Source of the DNA: a virus | Lineage: Duplodnaviria > Caudoviricetes | Reading direction: 5' to 3' (one strand) | IMG/VR virus record: IMGVR_UViG_3300038988_000484 | Location: 1-24,005 of that record | Length of the DNA stretch: 24,005 bases | Shown here: in pieces, positions 16,784-23,971 of the stretch | Layout of the letters: every line of letters starts with the position of its first letter | Position numbering within the stretch: the stretch's first letter is position 1 | The notes under the pieces: model-generated | The model's input: the letters and a program-made list of their open reading frames with translations, nothing else | What the model was told of the DNA's origin: nothing | Database searches by the model: none | Made by a program: the position numbers and the translations under genes

Positions 16784-18323
16784 CGGCGTCTTCCTCGGTC
16801 GCTGCCTGTTGCGGAGTCGCGGGCGCGGCCGGGGCGGGCAGGCCCAGTTCCCTGCGCCTGTCCTCCTCGCGCTTGCGCTGCTCCAGGACCTCCTCCCAAT
16901 CCCGGCCCTGGGCCGCGCACTCGTCGGCCAGGGTGGAGAGGTTGCCGGCCCCGGCCTGGGTGGAGGACTGGACCTCCTTGACCGGGTCCACCCCGCCCCA
17001 GCCCCCGCCGATCCAGGCGGCCCGGCAGTTTTCGGCCTTGTGCCTGTAGAAATCCCTGGCCTCGAAGCGGCCGCGCAGCCAGGCCTCCTCCAGGACCAGC
17101 TCCCACATGGGCTGGTTGAGCTGGCGCGGGAACCAGGCCCGCCAGTTGGAGAACATGCGGCGGCCTTCCAGCAGGGCGGCCCGGGCGCTGGAGTAGTTGG
17201 TCTTGGAGAAGTCCTTGACCAGGAGCTCGTAGGGCAGGCCCAGGGCCATGCCGATGAACCGGAGCATGGACTCCACAAAGGGCGCGAAGGCGTCCCCGGG
17301 GCGCTTGGGGTCCACCACGTTGATGCTCTCGCCGGCCTTCATGTAGGCGATCATGGCCGGGGACAGGCTCTGGAGGCGCTGGCCGTCCTGGCCCGGGCCG
17401 TCGGCGGCCAGGCGGGCCGAGGCCGCCCCGGCCATGGGGTCCTGCTGGGTCACGAACACGGCCAGGCAGGCGGCCACGCGGGCGGCCATGAGCTCGGCCT
17501 CCACGAAATCGTCCAGGTTGGCGAAGCGGGTGATGACTGACGAGAAATACGGGATGCCGCGGGACTGGCCCGGCCGCATGGGCCGGAAGAGGTGCAGGAC
17601 GCGGCGGCGGCCCCTGTGGTCGCGGGCGTCCACGCCGAAGAACGTGCGCCTGCCCGGGGTGCTGGAGCCGGACTCGATCCAGTAGCGCAGCGGCTGGCCG
17701 CGGGTCCCGCGCTCGATGCCGGAATCGGGCACGTCCTTTCTGTCGCCGGGCTTGCGCAGCCGGTCCGCCTCCACGAACTCCAGGCAGCGGCCCCAGGGCC
17801 GCCAGGGCTCGTCCGCCCAGGTGGGCAGGGCCAGGAGTTCGCCGTCCTCCACGAGCTTGAGCATGGCCAGGAACTGGAGATCGTCGAAGTGCAGCGAATC
17901 GGCGGCGTCGGCCAGGCCGCACCATTCGTCCCAGACGTCCTCGGCCTGGCGCTGGAGTTCGGCGGCGCGCTCCGGGCTGATGCCCAGCCGGTCGGCCCGC
18001 AGCCGGGACTGCGGCCGCAGGCCCTGGCCCACCACGTTGAGGGCGATGGTGCCCTGGGCTCCGGCGGCCACGGCGTTGTTGCGGATGAGGTGGCGGGACA
18101 GGTCGCGCAGGCTCATGCGCTCCCAGGAGCCGGGCGTGGGCTTGTGGCCCGCGGCCCCGAAGGACCAGCCCATGCGGTCCATGGTCTCGGGGTCCGTGGC
18201 CTTGTACATGGTCGCGGCCATGCCGAAGCGGGCGCGGGTCTCCATGCGGCGCAGGGCCAGGCCCGGGGCCAGCACGGAAATGGCCCGGTCCAGGGCCGAG
18301 CCGAGCTTGCCGGACAGGGTCAC
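16764..18323 (-). CDS. Portal protein, lambda family (519 aa)
   Basis: SRHLIRNN...NVVGQGL, RPGQSRGIP, DFSKTNYSSARAALLE and VDPVKE motifs. Confidence 0.95.
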   Translation of the reverse strand: MTLSGKLGSALDRAISVLAPGLALRRMETRARFGMAATMYKATDPETMDRMGWSFGAAGHKPTPGSWERMSLRDLSRHLIRNNAVAAGAQGTIALNVVGQGLRPQSRLRADRLGISPERAAELQRQAEDVWDEWCGLADAADSLHFDDLQFLAMLKLVEDGELLALPTWADEPWRPWGRCLEFVEADRLRKPGDRKDVPDSGIERGTRGQPLRYWIESGSSTPGRRTFFGVDARDHRGRRRVLHLFRPMRPGQSRGIPYFSSVITRFANLDDFVEAELMAARVAACLAVFVTQQDPMAGAASARLAADGPGQDGQRLQSLSPAMIAYMKAGESINVVDPKRPGDAFAPFVESMLRFIGMALGLPYELLVKDFSKTNYSSARAALLEGRRMFSNWRAWFPRQLNQPMWELVLEEAWLRGRFEARDFYRHKAENCRAAWIGGGWGGVDPVKEVQSSTQAGAGNLSTLADECAAQGRDWEEVLEQRKREEDRRRELGLPAPAAPATPQQAATEEDADEKDRV

Positions 18324-18541
18324 AGGAACCTCGCCCGGTTGAAGATGCCGCCCCTGGAACGGGCGTCCAGGGCCTCGATGCGGGACAGGACGGACTGCTC
18401 TTCCTCGAGCAGGGCCTTGAGATTGGGGCGGGTGAAGGTGGCGCCCTGGTCAGCCGAGAAGGACTGGAGGCTCCTGGCGTTGTCGATTTCCGCCCGGATT
18501 TTCTCCAGCCTGGCCACCAGGGTTTCGCGCGAATCGTACAC
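18320..18541 (-). CDS. Head completion protein (gpW-like, 73 aa)
   Basis: GTG at 18541 with RBS GGGAG 6 nt upstream. TFTRPNLKAL motif; lies directly before the portal gene with a GTGA overlap. Confidence 0.75.
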   Translation of the reverse strand: MYDSRETLVARLEKIRAEIDNARSLQSFSADQGATFTRPNLKALLEEEQSVLSRIEALDARSRGGIFNRARFL

Positions 18542-18616
18542 TCGGGGCTCCCAGGGCCGCGATAGCGGCCCGTTCAATGCCCCGCTATTTACCCCCGGGT
18601 TTTAGCGCGAAATGGA

Positions 18617-18673
18617 GAAAGGACGATTCTGATACGGGAAAGGACGATTCTGGTGGAAGAAAGGACGATATTG
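18617..18673. promoter_or_regulatory. Three direct repeats GAAAGGACGAT(TC/AT)TG with exact 21-bp period upstream of the head operon
   Basis: Copies start at 18617, 18638 and 18659. The first two are identical over 15 bp and all three share an 11-bp core. Confidence 0.8.
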
Positions 18674-18791
18674 ACTATTGACAGCAATCGCGCGGGGCAG
18701 GTCAACCCAGCTTGCCTACTGGACTGGGCAGCAGCCGCCATCTGCCGGAGAAAGGCGGCGGCTCGTTGCGGAGAGGTTCCAGGCTGTCCTG

Positions 18792-19148
18792 CTAGAAAAG
18801 AAACGACTTGTACGGCATGGCCAAGGCCTTGCCCAGGCGCTTCGCCATTTCCTTGCCGATGGGCCGAACATCGCGCTCCATCTCGGAAATATTGGACTTG
18901 GGGATGCCCAGGGCAGCGGCGAGCTGCGCCTGGGTCATCTCGCGCAGGCCGCGCGCGCCGCGCAGGACCTTGCCGGGCGTCATGTCCGGCAAGACCTCGG
19001 AGGCGGGGACAGTCTTTTCGGAGACCTCGCCAACGAGGCGCAGAATGCCTTCAAGAGCGGCAGCAACGCCTTCCGCCTGTTCCTTGGGCACGGTGATGGT
19101 CAGGCAGACCGTCCCGTCAGTATGGGGCGTTTTCGTGAGTTCCAACAT
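18792..19148 (-). CDS. XRE-family HTH protein, HigA-type antitoxin (118 aa)
   Basis: LRGARGLREMTQAQLAAALGIPKSNISEMERDVRPIG HTH; overlaps the upstream toxin gene by 32 nt. Confidence 0.87.
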   Translation of the reverse strand: MLELTKTPHTDGTVCLTITVPKEQAEGVAAALEGILRLVGEVSEKTVPASEVLPDMTPGKVLRGARGLREMTQAQLAAALGIPKSNISEMERDVRPIGKEMAKRLGKALAMPYKSFLF

Positions 19149-19398
19149 AGGTCAGCACCACCTGTTTTGCTTTTTTGAAGGCTTGCCAGACGGCCACGTA
19201 TGTGGGTTGGCCTTTTTTCAAGTGGCAGTGGTGAGTATCCGTCTGCCCCTTGAGCTTTCCATAGTTGGGCATGCCCGCCTGGACAGGGCCGGCAAGACGA
19301 AGCGCCTGAACCAGAGCCATGAGGCGTTCCCGGATGCCCTGCGGAAGCGCTTTGACTTGCTTGTCAGCCTTTGATGTGAATCGAACATCCCAGGTCAT
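19117..19398 (-). CDS. RelE/ParE-superfamily toxin, HigB-type (93 aa)
   Basis: MTWDVRFTSKADKQVKALP...KLKG...YVGTHE pattern; basic; upstream of an XRE gene; lower GC than the flanking genes. Confidence 0.85.
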   Translation of the reverse strand: MTWDVRFTSKADKQVKALPQGIRERLMALVQALRLAGPVQAGMPNYGKLKGQTDTHHCHLKKGQPTYVAVWQAFKKAKQVVLTYVGTHENAPY

Positions 19399-19433
19399 GG
19401 TTACAAAGTAGCCTGAAATTGGTTACACGTCAA
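19398..19433 (-). promoter_or_regulatory. Sigma70-type promoter for the TA operon with overlapping direct repeats
   Basis: Minus strand reads TTGACG-N17-TACTTT-GTAACC-ATG. TGTAACCA occurs twice, 22 bp apart (19420-19427 and 19398-19405). Confidence 0.72.
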
Positions 19434-19528
19434 GACACCACGGCCTCGCCGCCAAATCCTCACCATTCCGTTAATCCCTTCGGGCTTGGCCCGGGCTTCC
19501 GGAGCCGTCCCTTTCCAGATCACGAGGG

Positions 19529-19741
19529 TCAGTTGCTCCCCATGCCCAGGTCGAGCTGGCGGGTCCACCAGGCATCCACAGCCTCGCGCGTGGCCCGCCA
19601 CATGCCGCCCTTTTCCAGCTGCCTGGCCGGGAAGCCGCGGGTGGCGATGTAGGACAGGACCGTGTTGCGGCTCAGACCGGCGTAGGCGGCGATCTCGGAC
19701 AATCCGCGCAGCACGTTGCCGTTTCCCTTGTCCTGGCTCAT
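19529..19741 (-). CDS. Small winged-HTH DNA-binding protein (Xis/AlpA/BldC-like, 70 aa)
   Basis: GLSEIAAYAGLSRNTVLSYIATRGFPA...GGMWRATREAVDAW fits the HTH_17-like pattern. ATGA overlap with the terL stop; GGAG RBS. Confidence 0.85.
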   Translation of the reverse strand: MSQDKGNGNVLRGLSEIAAYAGLSRNTVLSYIATRGFPARQLEKGGMWRATREAVDAWWTRQLDLGMGSN

Positions 19742-21633
19742 CTCCGGCCTCCGATCCAGTTGTCGTGCCTGGGGACCCAGGGCTGGGCCTGGGACGGGTC
19801 CTGTTCCGGCCGGGGCGAGGACGCGGCGAGCTCGGCCTCGCGCTCCAGCATGTATTGCAGGCTCGGGGACCAGGACCCGTCGGCGCAGGCGTGGGCCAGG
19901 ACCGTGGCGTCCAGGTAGTGGTTGTCCTTGTGCAGCTGCTCCCAGCGCATCCTGCCGTCGCGGCCGCGCACCAGGCGCTCGGCGGTCATCTGGCGGATGA
20001 ACTCCTCGTGTTCGTCCGGCGCCCAGATCCCGGCCCGCTCGGTGAGTTCGTAGAGCCGGGCGGGCTGGCGCGCGTCCAGGCTCAGGCGGCCGAAGACCAG
20101 GGACTTGAGGTAGGACACGTCCAGGAGCTGGAGCGTCAGGCCGCCCGGGATGGGGCGCTTGGACTTGGGCATCTTGTCGATGACCGTGAAGCGAACGGGC
20201 GTCTGGCTCGGCCGGGACAGGCCCTTGCAGCCGCAGAGGCGGGGGCCGCCGTGGGCGCGCAGGAAGGCGTAGGCCTCCTCGGTGCGGGTGAGCAGGCCCG
20301 GGTCCGTGGTCCCGCCGCCCGTGTCCAGGGCCGTGCGCCAGATGGGCAGCTGGCCGCCGCCCTCGCGTCTGTAGGTGGTTTCATAGGCCAGGGCCAGGAC
20401 GTCCTCGAAGTCGCGCAGCCGGCCGTAGTCGATGAGCCAGGAGCGCAGGCCCAGGGCCCAGGCCCAGACCGTGAAGAAGAAGCTCCGTTTCTGCATGTCC
20501 ACGCCGCAGGTGAGCGCCAGGGCCTCGCGCGGCACGGTGCGGGCCCTGAGGTCCGGCTCGCGCAGCTCCAGCAGGGCGCTCTTTTCCGGCGCGATCTCCG
20601 CGGCCAGGTAGGGCTCGGCCCAGTAGCCGTTGGCGTAGGCCTGCTTCACGTCCGGCGAGTCCGAGGCCTCGGCCCGCAACCTGGCGGCCAGGATCTCGGA
20701 CAGGCTCACGGAGCGCGAGAGGATGGCCGGCAGGTGGAAGCCCACCCGGGCGGGCCTGGGCACCGGCTCCTCGGCGGTCCAGCGGCCGTAGGCCACGGCC
20801 ACGTCCCGGGTGTGGTCGGTCCAGAGGAAGCCGCAGTGCGCGCACTTGTACCGGGCCAGCCGCCTGCGCCGGATCTCGGCCGGGTCCTGGCACTTCTCCG
20901 GGCAGGCCAGCCCGGCCTCGTTCAGGGTCTGGAAACCCATGCAGGCCGGGCAGCGGGCCTCGAAGCGCCGGACCTCGTCCAGGCCTTCGCGCAGGGCCTG
21001 GACCACGGAGCAGTCCTCCCCGCCCACGGGCTTGCTGACCCGCATGATCTTGCGCTTGTGGGCATAGGAGCGGGTGCGTTCGATGAAGTCCAGCACGGGC
21101 ACGCCCTGGCCCGCGATCTGGCGGTAGAGGGCCTCCTCGTCCAGGAAGAGGTCCTGCACCGAGATGGAGGCGCGCTGGGACGGACTCTGGGCGCTGGCCA
21201 GATAGAGGGCTGTGCCGTCCCGGAAGCGCACCTGGCCGGACGTGGTCCGGGCCAGGAGGGCGCGCACCGGGGGGCAGGCCCGGAACAGGGGCTGGAGCTT
21301 GCCCTTGCCCACCCGGTCCAGGGTGTCGTCGTCGGGCATGGCCAGCATGCGGGGGCCGGGCCGCATGTCCACGGCAAAGGCGAGGCAGGCGTACATGGCC
21401 AGGGTCTTGCCGGTCTGGGGCGCGCCGCAGACCACCACCTCCTCGGTCCAGGGCTCGCCCCAGGCGTCCATGATGCCGGCCAGATAGGGGTTCACGTCCA
21501 GCCGGTAGCGGCCGCCGGAATAGGGCCCGTCCGGGACCACGAGGTGGGCCGCGGCCCAGCGCGAGACCGGGATGCGCGGCCTGCGCCGGAACACGTGGCG
21601 TTCGCCCGGGGTGAAGCGGAACACGCGGGCCAT
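19738..21633 (-). CDS. terL: Terminase large subunit, lambda GpA family (631 aa)
   Basis: Walker A GAPQTGKT, Walker B LFLDEE, CPAC/CAHC zinc motifs, GVDMQ nuclease motif and C-terminal NHYLD. Confidence 0.96.
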   Translation of the reverse strand: MARVFRFTPGERHVFRRRPRIPVSRWAAAHLVVPDGPYSGGRYRLDVNPYLAGIMDAWGEPWTEEVVVCGAPQTGKTLAMYACLAFAVDMRPGPRMLAMPDDDTLDRVGKGKLQPLFRACPPVRALLARTTSGQVRFRDGTALYLASAQSPSQRASISVQDLFLDEEALYRQIAGQGVPVLDFIERTRSYAHKRKIMRVSKPVGGEDCSVVQALREGLDEVRRFEARCPACMGFQTLNEAGLACPEKCQDPAEIRRRRLARYKCAHCGFLWTDHTRDVAVAYGRWTAEEPVPRPARVGFHLPAILSRSVSLSEILAARLRAEASDSPDVKQAYANGYWAEPYLAAEIAPEKSALLELREPDLRARTVPREALALTCGVDMQKRSFFFTVWAWALGLRSWLIDYGRLRDFEDVLALAYETTYRREGGGQLPIWRTALDTGGGTTDPGLLTRTEEAYAFLRAHGGPRLCGCKGLSRPSQTPVRFTVIDKMPKSKRPIPGGLTLQLLDVSYLKSLVFGRLSLDARQPARLYELTERAGIWAPDEHEEFIRQMTAERLVRGRDGRMRWEQLHKDNHYLDATVLAHACADGSWSPSLQYMLEREAELAASSPRPEQDPSQAQPWVPRHDNWIGGRR

Positions 21634-21637
21634 TCCC

Positions 21638-22276
21638 CTAGGCCTCCCCGTTCTCCAGGGTCTCGCCGGGCAGCGGGGGCGTCTCGTCCTGGTCCGGCGC
21701 GGCGAACTCGCGGTCCGCGCTCCAGGCGTCCAGCCATTCCGCGGTCTTTTCCTCCCACCACTGGAGGAACTCGGGCAGCCTGGATTCGTCCCCGGCCACC
21801 ACGGCGATGAGCTCGCCGCCCAGGCGGTGGGCGAAGCCCTCCACCTCGGCCTTGAAGAACAGGGCGCGGGCCGCCATGTCCTGCTCGTGCTCGGAGCGCG
21901 GCATGAGCAGGCCCTGCTCGCGCTGGAGCCGCAGGCGCTGGCGCTCGGCCTGCACGATCTTGAGGTCCGCGTCTGCGGCCAGCTTCTGGGCCGCGGCCTG
22001 GTTCCCGGCCCGGTCCCCGGCCCGGGCCAGGGGGGTGAGGTGCGTGGCCGCGTAGGCCAGCAAAACCCCGGCCTCGAACACGCCCTCGGCGTTGGGCGTC
22101 ACCCGGCCTGTGCGCACGTCCTTGTTGAACTTGGACTTGCCGATCTTGAAGCCCTGGGCCGTGAGGAAATCCACGGCGTCGAGCTGGGTCTTGAAGCCCC
22201 GGCCGGAAGGGGCCGGGGCCGGGCCGTCCGGCAGGGCGGCCCGGCTGTCCATGGGGTCGGGCCCGCGGTCGTTCAC
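21638..22276 (-). CDS. terS: Terminase small subunit (Nu1-like, 212 aa)
   Basis: Directly upstream of GpA. N-terminal HTH-like segment and coiled coil ending ERQRLRLQREQGLLMPR; GTG start coupled to the rha stop. Confidence 0.72.
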   Translation of the reverse strand: MNDRGPDPMDSRAALPDGPAPAPSGRGFKTQLDAVDFLTAQGFKIGKSKFNKDVRTGRVTPNAEGVFEAGVLLAYAATHLTPLARAGDRAGNQAAAQKLAADADLKIVQAERQRLRLQREQGLLMPRSEHEQDMAARALFFKAEVEGFAHRLGGELIAVVAGDESRLPEFLQWWEEKTAEWLDAWSADREFAAPDQDETPPLPGETLENGEA

Positions 22277-22335
22277 GCCCCCTCCCGGAGCAGGACGTGG
22301 TAGCGGATGGAGCTGGACTTGCAGCGCCGGAAGCG
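22273..22335. repeat. 63-bp direct repeat, copy 1 (3' end of rha)
   Basis: Matches 23198-23260 at 61 of 63 positions. Confidence 0.92.
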
Positions 22336-23034
22336 CCGGGACATCTCCTCACCAAAGGCCCGCACGCTGGGCATGGGCCGGTCCCAGCCCTTGCGGCGCA
22401 GCCAGGCCCGGAAGTGGTCGTACAGGTCCCAGGAGCGGGTGCTGCGGTCCCTGGAGGGGACCAGCCATTCCCCGGCCCAGGAGCGCACCGCCCGGCCCAG
22501 TTCGGTTTCGGTCTCCGCGGCCTCGGGCAGCGGCCCGGCGGACAGCCAGCCGCAATAGGTCACGAACAGGCGCTGGATGTCCTCCTCGCCCCCGCCGGTG
22601 AGGCGCACGGCCTGGACAGCGGCGTGCATGGCCTTGGCCCGCAGGGCGGGCCGCACCCCGCGCACGGCGTCCGGCGAGGGCGGGGGCTGGACCGCGCCCT
22701 GGGCCAGCCGCTTGAGTTCGGCCTCCATGGCGTTGAATGCCTGGATGTAGCGGATTTTCCAGGCCAGGGCCTTGCGGCCGGTGAAGCCCATGGCCACCAG
22801 GGTGAACCCGTCACGGGTCAGGTGAAAGGCGGGGTAGCTGCGGTTCTGCCCCTCCACCGTGTACGATGTCGGCGCAAAATTGCGGTCTCTGAACGAATCC
22901 GGCATGTTACGGATGATGTCCCGGATGGTGCGCAGAACGTCGTCGTGCTGCTTCTCGAAGTGCTCGGCCACCTTGAGGCTGGACGTGACGGGCTGGCCGT
23001 TGGAGAGAACGATGGAAGGCGTCAGGTCGAACAT
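22273..23034 (-). CDS. rha: Rha-family phage regulatory protein with additional C-terminal domain (253 aa)
   Basis: VTSSLKVAEHFEKQHDDVLR and LTRDGFTLVAMGFTGRKALAWKIRYIQAFNAME Rha signatures; RBS AAGGAGG. Confidence 0.93.
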   Translation of the reverse strand: MFDLTPSIVLSNGQPVTSSLKVAEHFEKQHDDVLRTIRDIIRNMPDSFRDRNFAPTSYTVEGQNRSYPAFHLTRDGFTLVAMGFTGRKALAWKIRYIQAFNAMEAELKRLAQGAVQPPPSPDAVRGVRPALRAKAMHAAVQAVRLTGGGEEDIQRLFVTYCGWLSAGPLPEAAETETELGRAVRSWAGEWLVPSRDRSTRSWDLYDHFRAWLRRKGWDRPMPSVRAFGEEMSRRFRRCKSSSIRYHVLLREGA

Positions 23035-23061
23035 GGGAAACCTCCTTCAGGTTTTCCGGCA

Positions 23062-23092
23062 AGCCTATGGCGAAATCTCGTAACTCTGTCAA
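23062..23092 (-). promoter_or_regulatory. Candidate promoter for rha-terS-terL
   Basis: Perfect TTGACA (23087-23092) after an AT-rich tract. Best -10 match is TAGGCT (23062-23067) with a 19-bp spacer. Confidence 0.5.
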
Positions 23093-23102
23093 ATTAAAAA
23101 GA

Positions 23103-23185
23103 ATCCTCCCATCCTCCCATCAAGCTCCCAGGGGTTTTCCGGCTGAAACCGCCACCTTTTCCGCCTCCTGGGAGGTTTGGAGGGT
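23103..23185. repeat. Iteron-like array: two CCTCCC direct repeats facing two inverted copies
   Basis: ATCCTCCCATCCTCCCA (23103-23119) and TGGGAGGTTTGGAGGGT (23169-23185) form a 14/17 inverted repeat. Each arm has two hexamers with an 8-bp period. Confidence 0.65.
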
Positions 23186-23197
23186 GTGCATGACGTT

Positions 23198-23260
23198 TCA
23201 CGCCCCCTCCCGGAGCAGGACGTGGTAGCAGATGGAGTTGGACTTGCAGCGCCGGAAGCG
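23198..23260. repeat. 63-bp direct repeat, copy 2 (3' end of the Bro-N gene)
   Basis: Matches 22273-22335 at 61 of 63 positions. Confidence 0.92.
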
Positions 23261-23971
23261 GCCGCCCAGCTCGGAGCCGAAGGCCTTGCGGCCAGGCGGC
23301 GGGGTCTCGGGCGACTGGCGGCGCAGCCAGCGCTTGAAGTGGCTGTAGAGCTCCCAGCCCGGGGTATGGAGCCTGCCGCCGTCCTCCAGGCACTCGTCGG
23401 CCCAGGCGTCCAGGGCGTCGAGCCAGGAGGGCTGGCCGCGCCCGGCCGGGCGGTCGGCCACCAGCAGGCAGAAGCGGGCGAACAGGGCCTGGACCTCCTC
23501 CAGGCTGCCGGAGCCGGTGAGCCGCGCGGCCTGGAGCGAGTCGGAGAGCAGGCGCTCGCGCAGACCGGGCTTGAGCCTCCGGGCCTTTTCCGGCAGCTCG
23601 AAGGGCGGCAGGTCCTGGACCTGGGTTTCGGACATGGCGAACCGGCCGGTGCGGCGCAGGGCTGGCAGGACCTCGGACGTGACCCACTTGCGGAAGCGCC
23701 GAGCCTCGGGCTTGCGCGAGCGGAAGACCAGGGCGTAGAGCCCGGACTCGGAGACCATGTTGATCTGATGGGGAACTCCGGCCCTTGGATTACCCTCAGA
23801 ATTGCTGAGGGTAATCTTTTCATCATCGTCCAGCGGCCTTAACGCCTCGGTCACGTTGCCCAGGTCCAAGACGCTGCACACGTCCTTGGCCACGAACCAG
23901 GGGTTGCCCTGCTCGTCCGTGCGCACGCGCACCAGGGCCTCGTCGAACACAAAGGGCCTGAGCTCAGACAT
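23198..23971 (-). CDS. Bro-N domain phage regulatory / antirepressor-like protein with additional C-terminal domain (257 aa)
   Basis: GNPWFVAKDVCSVL and VSESGLYALVFRSRKPEARRFRKWVTSEVLPALRRTG Bro-N signatures; RBS AAGGAGG. Confidence 0.93.
   Translation of the reverse strand: MSELRPFVFDEALVRVRTDEQGNPWFVAKDVCSVLDLGNVTEALRPLDDDEKITLSNSEGNPRAGVPHQINMVSESGLYALVFRSRKPEARRFRKWVTSEVLPALRRTGRFAMSETQVQDLPPFELPEKARRLKPGLRERLLSDSLQAARLTGSGSLEEVQALFARFCLLVADRPAGRGQPSWLDALDAWADECLEDGGRLHTPGWELYSHFKRWLRRQSPETPPPGRKAFGSELGGRFRRCKSNSICYHVLLREGA

Noticed and set aside
2545-17278. Track N-terminal extensions of the hub (5100), neck (12089), 102-aa protein (12633), capsid (15287) and protease (17278) ORFs
   Set aside because: They overlap upstream genes extensively. 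Downstream starts have RBSs or start-stop coupling and match family N-termini.
18617-18673. Triple repeat considered as a mini-CRISPR array
   Set aside because: Repeats of 11-15 bp with 6-10 bp gaps are far too short, and there are no cas genes.
19401-19601. 66-aa minus-strand ORF overlapping the HTH gene and the TA promoter
   Set aside because: It overlaps a better-supported gene and promoter and has no recognisable motif.
39-21810. Many long plus-strand ORFs (e.g. 39..1871, 2728..5016, 5638..7401, 9066..10916, 14972..16981, 19486..21810)
   Set aside because: They are antisense shadows of well-supported minus-strand genes. High GC suppresses stop codons, and the translations are G/R/A/P-rich without recognisable motifs.
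23035-23197. c4-like antisense RNA upstream of an antirepressor-type gene
   Set aside because: Only about 27 nt lie between the candidate -10 and the rha ATG, and I could not identify a cloverleaf or complementary target boxes. An Rfam/Infernal search would settle it.
23094-23201. Possible 35-aa peptide (VKRHAHPPNLP...GGWEDSF) starting at the GTGA overlap with the Bro gene stop
   Set aside because: The start context is just the duplicated sequence that starts terS in the other copy, and the frame runs through the repeat array. There is no independent coding evidence.
22273-23260. 63-bp near-identical repeat pair considered as a diversity-generating retroelement TR/VR
   Set aside because: Only two mismatches, one not at a coding-strand adenine. 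Both copies are coding gene ends and no reverse transcriptase is present in the window.
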